DNA from: a virus
DNA length: 64,000 nucleotides
Reading direction: 5' to 3' (one strand)
IMG/VR virus record: IMGVR_UViG_3300033068_001182
Coordinates: 3,607-67,606 of that record
Part shown: positions 40,896-49,488 of the stretch, piece by piece
Layout: each line of letters starts with the position of its first letter
Position numbering within the stretch: position 1 is the stretch's first letter
Notes under the pieces: model-generated
Told to the model about the DNA's origin: nothing
Seen by the model: the letters and a program-made list of their open reading frames with translations, nothing else
Database searches by the model: none
Made by a program: the position numbers and the translations under genes

Positions 40896-41657
40896 TTAAT
40901 TTCTACCCTTTTGATTAGGATATAACTCTTTTACAGAGTCTGATTGAAAATATTCTTTGGTATCTATATTCATAATGGTTAACTTACCTTTAAACCCAGC
41001 ACCTGTATCTAAATTCCAAATAATAGATGCGTTCATAGGTTCATCAGTATTCCACATATTAGTTGTAGTATGTCCTATATAAATCTCAGAAAATTTTTCT
41101 TTAATTTTAAAAACACTATTGGTATCTTTATGAGATAAAGCTGTTCTCCATAAATCTCTATCCCAATATAGTTGATAAGGATTTTCATTTACTATTTTAT
41201 CTATATAATGATGTCTATTAAATCCTCCATGAACAAAACATCTGTTATATTTATCAATATAGTAAAGTAATTGATTTTTAAAAAAATTTACATGACTTTC
41301 TGGTATATCTTTATAATTAAGTTCAGAATTCCAAACATTATAATTATCTACATATTTTTTATCTAATGCTTTAGCATAAGAAATTAAAGTAGCTTTACCT
41401 CCTTGAGAATAACCAGGATGATTATTACTTTGTCCTAATAGATAATCTAAAAACCAGTCATCATGATTACCTTTAATACTAATAAGATTTTTAATAGTAA
41501 GTAATTTTTCTACACATTTATAAACTTCATCCCAGCCATCAGCAACATCTCCTAACTGAATAAGAACATCATTATTATAATCAAAATTAGATCTTTCTAA
41601 ACACTGTAATAAAGCTTTATAAGCACCATGTATATCTCCCATGACAAATGTTCTCAT
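40896..41657 (-). CDS. Metallophosphoesterase (PPP/ApaH-like)
   Basis: GDIHG, LGDVADG, GNHD, FVHGG, IGHT, LDTG. Confidence 0.88.
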   Translation of the reverse strand: MRTFVMGDIHGAYKALLQCLERSNFDYNNDVLIQLGDVADGWDEVYKCVEKLLTIKNLISIKGNHDDWFLDYLLGQSNNHPGYSQGGKATLISYAKALDKKYVDNYNVWNSELNYKDIPESHVNFFKNQLLYYIDKYNRCFVHGGFNRHHYIDKIVNENPYQLYWDRDLWRTALSHKDTNSVFKIKEKFSEIYIGHTTTNMWNTDEPMNASIIWNLDTGAGFKGKLTIMNIDTKEYFQSDSVKELYPNQKGRN

Positions 41658-42601
41658 ATTACTTCTAATTGTTTAATTTTTGTGTCTTTTACTTTACTAT
41701 TTAAATCAAAATATTTATCAGTAATTTTTCTTACAGAATTAGTAGTATAAATACAATCAAAGTATTTGTTTAATTCTTCAAAACCTGCTGAAAATATACC
41801 ATGAGTTACTATAAGATAAATTTTATTAATATCTGGACTATTTGGATTATCTCTAATTTCTTTAGCAATATTAATAAAGGTTCTACCTCCATCACATATA
41901 TCATCTATAATGATAAAATCTTTACCAGCATAGTTATTATTTAAAGGAACTACAGTTTTAGTAAGATTACCTTCAGTATCCCTAGATTTACTACAAGTAA
42001 TAATATCTCCTGTATAACCTATAAACTTAGCAAGATTTTCTATTTTTTTAGAAGCTCCTGCATCTGGTGATACTAGTATAAAATCTTTAAACTTATCTCT
42101 TATAGATAGATCTTTATAATCTACATTAAAGTAAAAAGTAGATAAAGCTTTCTCAACTAATTTAATATTATTTTCAATTTTTAGATTATTAATACAAGCA
42201 GGTGCTACATCAGAATGTACATCAAGTACAGTTACTGATTCATATTTTTGAGTATTAATAATAGGAGCTATTATATCAACTAAATAACTAGTACCCCCTT
42301 CTTGAAATTGTCTATCAGATCTAGCTCCTAATAAATAAGGAATATACAAATGAACTTCTGAAACTCCTAATCTTTTAAGAGCTTTAGTAGTACACAATAT
42401 TAATTCTAAATCTTTAAATGAATTAAATCTAGATTTAATTAGTACAGAAATTCTTGATTTATTCCAAGATCCTAATCCATAATAAGTATTCTTTATATCT
42501 TCAGTGACGTTAAGTACAATATCTTGTTGACCATCAGGCATATTAGATATTTTGTATTTTATATCAGAATTATCTAAATCTGATAAATTAATTGTCTTCA
42601 T
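41654..42601 (-). CDS. Ribose-phosphate pyrophosphokinase-family protein (PRS/Adps-like)
   Basis: PYLLGARSDR, LDVHS, VSPDAGA, IIDDICDGGRTF, VTHGIFS. Confidence 0.9.
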   Translation of the reverse strand: MKTINLSDLDNSDIKYKISNMPDGQQDIVLNVTEDIKNTYYGLGSWNKSRISVLIKSRFNSFKDLELILCTTKALKRLGVSEVHLYIPYLLGARSDRQFQEGGTSYLVDIIAPIINTQKYESVTVLDVHSDVAPACINNLKIENNIKLVEKALSTFYFNVDYKDLSIRDKFKDFILVSPDAGASKKIENLAKFIGYTGDIITCSKSRDTEGNLTKTVVPLNNNYAGKDFIIIDDICDGGRTFINIAKEIRDNPNSPDINKIYLIVTHGIFSAGFEELNKYFDCIYTTNSVRKITDKYFDLNSKVKDTKIKQLEVI

Positions 42602-42840
42602 ATTTTTTTAATAATTGGGCTAACATATTTTTTAACCTTAACTCCTCCTTGACGACTTATATAGTCAAAACCGTGTTTTTTATTTTTTATAAAATTATTA
42701 TCATACTGATCTTTTTGAGATTCAATATATTTTTTTAATTTTATTTGAGTATCAACTTCTATAATTTCTTCATGATCAAATTCCGGTGAGGCTAATAAAT
42801 GGTTACTTTTTATATAGTGGTATTCTATAATAACTCTCAT
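42598..42840 (-). CDS. Hypothetical protein
   Basis: 80-aa ORF overlapping the PRS-like gene start. Confidence 0.5.
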   Translation of the reverse strand: MRVIIEYHYIKSNHLLASPEFDHEEIIEVDTQIKLKKYIESQKDQYDNNFIKNKKHGFDYISRQGGVKVKKYVSPIIKKI

Positions 42841-42851
42841 ATTTTTTTAAT

Positions 42852-42875
42852 AAAAAAGGAACTATTTCTAGTTCC
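42852..42875 (-). terminator. Intrinsic terminator
   Basis: GGAACTA-GAAA-TAGTTCC followed by T6 on the minus strand. Confidence 0.75.
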
Positions 42876-42907
42876 AATATATAAATTCTAAATTGTTATA
42901 ATCCATA

Positions 42908-43297
42908 TTAATCATCATATTCTTCTTCAATTCCTAGTTTAATTAAATATATAGACATTTCTGAACCATTAGTACTTGTATAATTATTTTGAAATACAAC
43001 ATCTAAACCATCACGTATAATTTTATTATATTTAGAACTTTGATGAATATCAACTAATAATTGTTTAGATATATATCCCTTTTCTTGTAAAGATTCTAAA
43101 ATATTTACAAAATCTTTTTCTAAAATTATATTTTCACAAGCTGCTATACTAGATATTTGACAATTACATGTTGGACAACTAACTATATAAAATCTGTTAC
43201 CCGAATTAATACTAATACACTCATAAACAGCCCCTGTACCTGTTAAAGTTTTTTTATCTATTTTAACATATTTATTTTCTAAAATATATTCTGACAT
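42908..43297 (-). CDS. Hypothetical protein
   Basis: 129-aa ORF with CPTCNCQ. Confidence 0.55.
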   Translation of the reverse strand: MSEYILENKYVKIDKKTLTGTGAVYECISINSGNRFYIVSCPTCNCQISSIAACENIILEKDFVNILESLQEKGYISKQLLVDIHQSSKYNKIIRDGLDVVFQNNYTSTNGSEMSIYLIKLGIEEEYDD

Positions 43298-43298
43298 A

Positions 43299-43475
43299 TT
43301 ATTCTATTTTTTCTAATTGATTTTCATTCATAATGTGTAACATACCATTATCATCCATTTCTGCTACAACTCTAATATCACCATTAAGATTTTTAAATAC
43401 TGATACTATTGTACAAGGAAATTTATATCCTTTTGGTTTATAGGCTTTATCTCCTACTTTAAATTTTTCTTCCAT
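43299..43475 (-). CDS. Small SH3-like protein resembling R67/DfrB dihydrofolate reductase (58 aa, not in ORF track)
   Basis: FKVGDKAYKPKGYKFPCTIVSVF...RVVAE...GMLHIMNENQLEK aligns by eye with the DfrB core F..GDRV.K..G..W.G.IV..Y...YAVE....GSVQIY...ALE. Confidence 0.5.
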   Translation of the reverse strand: MEEKFKVGDKAYKPKGYKFPCTIVSVFKNLNGDIRVVAEMDDNGMLHIMNENQLEKIE

Positions 43476-43476
43476 A

Positions 43477-43959
43477 TTAATTATTATTTGCTATTAATTT
43501 ACACATTTGTATAAAATACTTTTGATCATATCTGTTTTTCATATAGTTTACATCTTTGTGAACTAATTGTATATTATCTAATGTATATTCTTTTAAACTA
43601 TCAATTCTATCTATAGAACAAGTATGTCCTTTATTATCATCATTAAATCCAATAATAACTTTTGATAAAGCACATTTTTTATCTTGTTTAATCCATAAAT
43701 TATAAACATCTTCTATTGTTATAGTACCTGTTCTTTTTCTATTTGATCTTTTAAAATATTTACTAAACCAACTATAAGGAATTTTATTAGAACTTTTCCA
43801 TTGAGAATTTTTGTTTCCTTTAGTATAGTTCATAGTTTTATTTCTTATAATACAATTACAAGACCTACAAGGAGAATTATTCCTAATAGATCTTTGTAAA
43901 TTATACTTATTATTGTATTTAATTTCTTTATTACAAGAAAGACAGTTTTTAACAAACAT
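43477..43959 (-). CDS. Free-standing HNH-type (homing) endonuclease
   Basis: N-terminal Cys pairs; KCALS...SIDRIDS..EY..DNIQLV...VNYMK. Confidence 0.7.
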   Translation of the reverse strand: MFVKNCLSCNKEIKYNNKYNLQRSIRNNSPCRSCNCIIRNKTMNYTKGNKNSQWKSSNKIPYSWFSKYFKRSNRKRTGTITIEDVYNLWIKQDKKCALSKVIIGFNDDNKGHTCSIDRIDSLKEYTLDNIQLVHKDVNYMKNRYDQKYFIQMCKLIANNN

Positions 43960-45812
43960 TACTTAAGTTCGCAGCCTCCTGCTCCACAAGCCAATTCACC
44001 TGATAAATCAGTATTATCGTCTATTTCTATTACTTTTGATAAGTCTATATTAGAAAGATGTTTAACTCTTTCTTCATATTCTTCTTTAGTAATGTCAGAA
44101 AAAGGTGGTTGAACATAAGTTCCTCCATCGTAATTTAGTACTGAAAGTCCATTAAAAGTATCTTTATTTTCCCACATCCATTCACCTACTTCTTTCCATT
44201 CTTCAGGTTTAATAGATATGGTAGCTGATACATTATTTGTATTAGCTCCTGATCTATGACCTTTTTTAACATATTCTAGATTAAATTTTCTAGTTCTTTC
44301 TAATAAATCTAATGCAGATTCTGTTCTAAGAATAGATCCTTCTGGTGCTTTTTGTGGTATTCTAATAATAGCTAAATCATTAGGTCTAAAAAAATCATCT
44401 TCTAATAATTCTGGAGCAAATATTTTTAAATATGTATATAAAGATTCATTTTTATTAACTCTAATAGATCTTAAATAATATTTATTATGCCAAGCATGTA
44501 TTCCTGAACTTGTTCCCAATACACAACTGCTAGTACCACTAGGTTTAATGGTAGTACTTCTTGCAGCAGGATTAATCCCAATTTCTTTAGCTGTTTCTTC
44601 ATTTACTTTTCTTACTATATTTGCGGCATTTTCTAGGTTATAATTTAGTATTACACCAGAACCTATTCCAGTCATACCTACACCAATCAATGCATCTTTT
44701 TCAGTTGTTTTTTTCCATATATCTCTTAGATAATGAAAATCTGTAAATCCTGCTTGTAATGTACCAAAGAAACTAGCAGCTTCTAATCTATTATCTAAAT
44801 CTTTTTGAGACTTAATATTAGATACATTTACTTCACATAAATTACAGAACTGATAAGGTCTGAGAGATATTTCACAACAGGGATTAGTACCCCAATTGCT
44901 GTCATTAGTGAAATAAACACCAGGTTCGCCTGAACCCGACGCTTCAATTTTCCTAAATAAATCATTCCATTCTATTTTTTTAATTCTATTTCTAACAATT
45001 ACAGCAGAATTATTAGCTCTACCTCTTTGTTCATTTAATTCCCACCAATTACCTGTTTTACAGGTTAGCATTTCTTCATCATCTAATGAAAATAAAGCTA
45101 TCATAGCTGCTCTTCTAATACCACCTGCTAATACTGCATTAGCAATATGACACATAATATCATGACATTCTATTGGTGTTAATTTTGTACCATTTTGCTT
45201 TCTATCTAATATTGTTTCAATATGAAATAAACAAGTTTTTAATGGTTCTGCTCCAGGAGCTTTACCTCCAGCAGTTTTAAGTTTTGTACCTTTTGGTCTT
45301 ATATCTGAAAAATCAAATATAGGTTTCTGATTATTTTTACCTAAATAAGATTTCATTAATGCTTTTATAGCATCTGCCCATCCTTCAATATTATCACCTA
45401 TTAAATATCTTTTATATTTACTAGGTCTTACTATTTCTGGTAATTTATCTACATGACTAAATTGTACTGAATATCCTACTCCTGTACCTCCTAATAATAA
45501 AAACATGGCTTCACTAAATGATCTATAATCATCTATTGGAAGATATGCACAATTATATATTCTACTAGGATTTCTTTCTATGGGTTTACCTGCAAATTGC
45601 AGTGCTCTCATAGAGGGTAGTATTTGTTTATTATATATAAATGATGATAGATTAATTATCTTTTCCTGTAAGGTTGGATATTTATCTATCATCATTTTAG
45701 TATATCTATGGACTATTTCATCCCAAGATTCCCTTCTCTCTTCTCTTTCTAAATGTTTTGCATATTTTTGAAAAACAGTTATTTCACTTAATATCTTGGT
45801 ACTATTATCCAT
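43959..45812 (-). CDS. nrdJ: Class II (B12-dependent) ribonucleotide reductase, monomeric type
   Basis: PSMR, YNCA, GTGVG, TNPCCEI, QFCNL, TTIKPSGT, C-terminal CGAGGC; no nrdB seen in window. Confidence 0.9.
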   Translation of the reverse strand: MDNSTKILSEITVFQKYAKHLEREERRESWDEIVHRYTKMMIDKYPTLQEKIINLSSFIYNKQILPSMRALQFAGKPIERNPSRIYNCAYLPIDDYRSFSEAMFLLLGGTGVGYSVQFSHVDKLPEIVRPSKYKRYLIGDNIEGWADAIKALMKSYLGKNNQKPIFDFSDIRPKGTKLKTAGGKAPGAEPLKTCLFHIETILDRKQNGTKLTPIECHDIMCHIANAVLAGGIRRAAMIALFSLDDEEMLTCKTGNWWELNEQRGRANNSAVIVRNRIKKIEWNDLFRKIEASGSGEPGVYFTNDSNWGTNPCCEISLRPYQFCNLCEVNVSNIKSQKDLDNRLEAASFFGTLQAGFTDFHYLRDIWKKTTEKDALIGVGMTGIGSGVILNYNLENAANIVRKVNEETAKEIGINPAARSTTIKPSGTSSCVLGTSSGIHAWHNKYYLRSIRVNKNESLYTYLKIFAPELLEDDFFRPNDLAIIRIPQKAPEGSILRTESALDLLERTRKFNLEYVKKGHRSGANTNNVSATISIKPEEWKEVGEWMWENKDTFNGLSVLNYDGGTYVQPPFSDITKEEYEERVKHLSNIDLSKVIEIDDNTDLSGELACGAGGCELK

Positions 45813-45822
45813 TCATTTTCTC

Positions 45823-46149
45823 CTATACTTTTTCTTCTTTATTTACTTTTGATTTTCTTGTAGCTTTTCTTTTAACTACGGGTAGTTCAGGTTCAACAGT
45901 ATTAATAGGATCTGTACCTATTTCCATACTTATTATTACATTATTTTCTTCTTCAGAAACAGCTTTTAATACCTTTTTCTTACGAGCAAGATTTTTTTCA
46001 ACATATTCTGGTGAATAAACTTTTTGAGGAACTGAACTTTTTACTTTGGTTGATTTAATTACTACATCATTATTTGATGTTTTACGTAATTGACTATATA
46101 TAATAAGAGCTACCGCTATTATTATTAATATTACTGATGCTAAAATCAT
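45823..46149 (-). CDS. Membrane-anchored basic protein
   Basis: N-terminal hydrophobic helix then Lys-rich tail. Confidence 0.55.
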   Translation of the reverse strand: MILASVILIIIAVALIIYSQLRKTSNNDVVIKSTKVKSSVPQKVYSPEYVEKNLARKKKVLKAVSEEENNVIISMEIGTDPINTVEPELPVVKRKATRKSKVNKEEKV

Positions 46150-46163
46150 AATTTTATTATTTA

Positions 46164-46194
46164 CAAATTTACTAATTTTTTATTGATTTACAAA
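46164..46194 (-). promoter_or_regulatory. Bacteroidota sigmaA-type promoter upstream of membrane protein and nrdJ
   Basis: TTTG-N19-TAAATTTG on the minus strand. Confidence 0.65.
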
Positions 46195-46204
46195 ATTTAT
46201 TTTA

Positions 46205-46444
46205 TTATTCCCAAGACACAAGATATGATTTAGTATTACCATTGGTAATTAATCCTCCAACATGAAATCCTAATTCTTGTAGTTTTAACTTGAGTCCTCC
46301 TGAAAAATTACTTTCTGATATGTGTAAATTAACTTTACCTGTATCAGCTACTCTAGATATTTCTTCTAGTGTAATATCAAGTAATTTTTTATTTGATTCT
46401 TTAGAAGCTATTCTAGCTTCATACGCATTTCTTACTATAGACAT
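46205..46444 (-). CDS. Hypothetical protein
   Basis: 79-aa ORF (L.ELGF...VSW). Confidence 0.55.
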   Translation of the reverse strand: MSIVRNAYEARIASKESNKKLLDITLEEISRVADTGKVNLHISESNFSGGLKLKLQELGFHVGGLITNGNTKSYLVSWE

Positions 46445-46494
46445 ATTTAATTTAAATTGTTTAACTATTTTTCATAATTTTTCCTCCTAATTTA

Positions 46495-47940
46495 TTAAAA
46501 CATATACTTATGATTTATCGCTCTATCATCTTCATCTTGTGAATTAACATAAGATGCACAAGTATATTTAAAAAGATCTAATGCATATTTACAAATTGGT
46601 CCTACATTTTTATACATAAGAACTTTATCTTTAACATTACTGTTATATCTCAGAAAAGAAGCTAAATGTTTTAATGTAGTTTGTGAAGGCTGTAATCTTT
46701 TTACTAATTCATAATAATCTTTATATTTTATAATATTTTTTGGAAGAATTTTTGATTCAAACAACAAATGCAAATATAATTTAGGAATACTAATAAAATT
46801 TACTTTTCCTATAAAATTATTATTTTGTATTTTAGTTAAAACATAATGTTTATCACCCAAATGATTAATTGTATAAGTTGCTCCTCTTTCAATATTATAT
46901 TGATTATCATCTTTAATAGCTAATAAATATAGATCGGTATAATTAAATTTATTAGGTAAAATTTGAATTGAATCAAATTGTTCATCTGTTTTAAATTCTT
47001 CTGGAATTAATATATCTAAGCTATTTGAAAAAGAAATTGCATATTTTGCATCTTTAAACACTTCTTTAGTAAAAGGTATTTCTTGTTCATTTGCTTTTCT
47101 AAAACCAATTCTAAAACCTAAAGATATTCTATTGTTTGGTAATTTAGTTCTGTTTGGATTTTCAATTAATTCAGTTAATTCAATTGTTTTTGGTTTAGTA
47201 TATGTAACTTCACCTAATAATTGTTCATCATTGTCTACCAATTTCTCTCTTAATCGATTAATATTTCTATTTTTTCCATAAATACTAGAATAATAATCTT
47301 CTAAACTAGCATATTCTCTTCCTCCTATATTATATGTTTTACTTTTATAGCTATCGTTTGAATAGTAATATCCTTTTTCATATTTAAAATCTCCAATTTT
47401 AATTAAACTTTGATCACAATCTGGAAATAAAAATGCTAATCTATTTGTTGTTAATTTATATGAAAATATTTCTTTAAAAAAGAATATGTCATCTTTTAAA
47501 AGTTCAATAATTAAAGGATTAGACATAAATGTTTTAACGAATTTATATGTGTCAGAATAATCATCTGAATTTACATAAGAATGGAATGTTCCATTATGAA
47601 CCATTGTAGGATAATCAACAAATTTATTATTTGATAAAATTATATTCTTATCATCAGATAATACAAAAGGATGACACATATCTTTATTAATACTACCTCT
47701 ATTACCAATTCTTAAATGAACTATTAATTCATCATCAAATGATAATTTTTTAGATTTTAAAGATTTTATAACTTTTTCTATATCAGCATATCCTTTACTA
47801 ATATATACTTTTTTATTTTTATGTCTTTTAAAAGTATATCCTATACCATCTTTATTGGTTTCAGAAGCATTTATTAAACTTTTTATAAATTCTTCACTAT
47901 ATTTGTCTGTTCCTTCTCCTGCTATTGCTATAAGGCACAT
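46495..47940 (-). CDS. Class II (Ntn) glutamine amidotransferase-domain protein
   Basis: MC N-terminal nucleophile, NKDGIG, HLRIG, CHPF, HNG, SDT. Confidence 0.85.
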   Translation of the reverse strand: MCLIAIAGEGTDKYSEEFIKSLINASETNKDGIGYTFKRHKNKKVYISKGYADIEKVIKSLKSKKLSFDDELIVHLRIGNRGSINKDMCHPFVLSDDKNIILSNNKFVDYPTMVHNGTFHSYVNSDDYSDTYKFVKTFMSNPLIIELLKDDIFFFKEIFSYKLTTNRLAFLFPDCDQSLIKIGDFKYEKGYYYSNDSYKSKTYNIGGREYASLEDYYSSIYGKNRNINRLREKLVDNDEQLLGEVTYTKPKTIELTELIENPNRTKLPNNRISLGFRIGFRKANEQEIPFTKEVFKDAKYAISFSNSLDILIPEEFKTDEQFDSIQILPNKFNYTDLYLLAIKDDNQYNIERGATYTINHLGDKHYVLTKIQNNNFIGKVNFISIPKLYLHLLFESKILPKNIIKYKDYYELVKRLQPSQTTLKHLASFLRYNSNVKDKVLMYKNVGPICKYALDLFKYTCASYVNSQDEDDRAINHKYMF

Positions 47941-49475
47941 GTTACCTCCTTTATTGTTTTCTTAGTTGGTTTTTCTTTATCAATATAATCAAAAGATTCA
48001 TCATGTAATTTAAATGTTTCTTTTCTTTCTCTTATATAATCGATTAGATTATTTCCTGATTTTGGATAAGATAGTTTAACAACTAATTCTAAATCTAGAT
48101 TAAAAGTATTACCAACTTTATCTTTATAATAACCTTGTTTAATTATATTTTTAAAGTTTTCAACAAAATAAACAAAAGCAACACAAATTTTAAGCCAATT
48201 TCTAATTTTTTTAAAATTTAAAGTTGCACTCATTGGTCTAAATTCTAATGTATGACTATCTGGTATTTGTTTTGTATTAAATAATAAAGTAACATAATTT
48301 AACCAACAATACCTTTGTGATTTTTTATCAAATCCACATTTAGGTCCTTTAGGATGTTGTTCTCTTTTATTAATTGATTTACTAGCTCTACCATTTCCAT
48401 CATTTATTCCAGAGACTTCTGTATAAATAATATCATAAAAACTATCTATTTTATACTCATAATCTGTTATTGATGGTGAACTTTTTAGATATTCTAATTG
48501 ATTTTTTAACAAAGGTGTTAACTTTCTGCAATAACTGTTATTTCTTCTTGATTTAGGAAGTATTGAAAATATTTCATTTTCTAAAATTTCAGCAAGAATA
48601 TAAGAAAAAACCACATCTTCTTTATTCCAATTTAAATTCCCTAAATGAACATGTATTCCACATCTATGATCAATTTTACATTTAGAATTTAAAATTCTAC
48701 ATATTTCATAAATTTGAGCAATTCCAGAATCTCCTACAAGAACTCCTGTTACATATTCTCCTCCTAAAGGATCTTCTCCATTTGGACCTCTTAAAGATCC
48801 ATCATGTACAGCTTTAACATTTAAGTCTTTAACATCATCTTCTTCAAGTCTACCTAAAGAAGTTTCAATTTCAATACCAAATGTATATTTTTTACCTTCA
48901 AGAATTTGGTGTGTTAATGAGTCTACACCCATTTGAATATTTCTTTTATTTATATTTTTTTTTAATTCTAATATTTCATTACTGTTATCTTTTTCAACAG
49001 TTAATAAATCATTGACTAACTTTTTTTTGTAAGTATTATCAAATTTTCTATAAGGTTTTGGAGTGTCCATAATTGCTATTTCTCTTTTATCATAGTAAAC
49101 TTCATCATTATTAATTCCTTTTACTAAATCATGAGTTTTAATAAATTGTTCTAAGGGTTCTTTAAGGTATATATTAATTATATTACTGTGAATTATAGAA
49201 CGTAAACATAATTTTACAGGTTGTGGTATATTTGAATTAGCGTGATGTGTAAATTTATTTATAACATTATATATATTCCAAGTACTACTATCGGTAATTG
49301 TAAATTTTTTCCTTGGTCTTATAAATTTTCTTGTTAATTCAATTCCCACACTGATTTTTTCAGCATCACTTAATAAAATATATTTATCAGTAAAATAATC
49401 TAATACAATTTTAGGATCATCCTTTTTATATATTACATTATTTATTAAAACAGTTTTTTCTTCATCTTTATCCAT
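47928..49475 (-). CDS. Putative amidoligase (COOH-NH2 ligase, glutamate-cysteine ligase-like fold)
   Basis: FGIEIE, HDGSL, GEYVT, CGIHVH, RRNNSYC, TLEFR; start placed at MDKDEE to avoid a long overlap. Confidence 0.82.
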   Translation of the reverse strand: MDKDEEKTVLINNVIYKKDDPKIVLDYFTDKYILLSDAEKISVGIELTRKFIRPRKKFTITDSSTWNIYNVINKFTHHANSNIPQPVKLCLRSIIHSNIINIYLKEPLEQFIKTHDLVKGINNDEVYYDKREIAIMDTPKPYRKFDNTYKKKLVNDLLTVEKDNSNEILELKKNINKRNIQMGVDSLTHQILEGKKYTFGIEIETSLGRLEEDDVKDLNVKAVHDGSLRGPNGEDPLGGEYVTGVLVGDSGIAQIYEICRILNSKCKIDHRCGIHVHLGNLNWNKEDVVFSYILAEILENEIFSILPKSRRNNSYCRKLTPLLKNQLEYLKSSPSITDYEYKIDSFYDIIYTEVSGINDGNGRASKSINKREQHPKGPKCGFDKKSQRYCWLNYVTLLFNTKQIPDSHTLEFRPMSATLNFKKIRNWLKICVAFVYFVENFKNIIKQGYYKDKVGNTFNLDLELVVKLSYPKSGNNLIDYIRERKETFKLHDESFDYIDKEKPTKKTIKEVTCAL

Positions 49476-49488
49476 ACATCTTATAATT

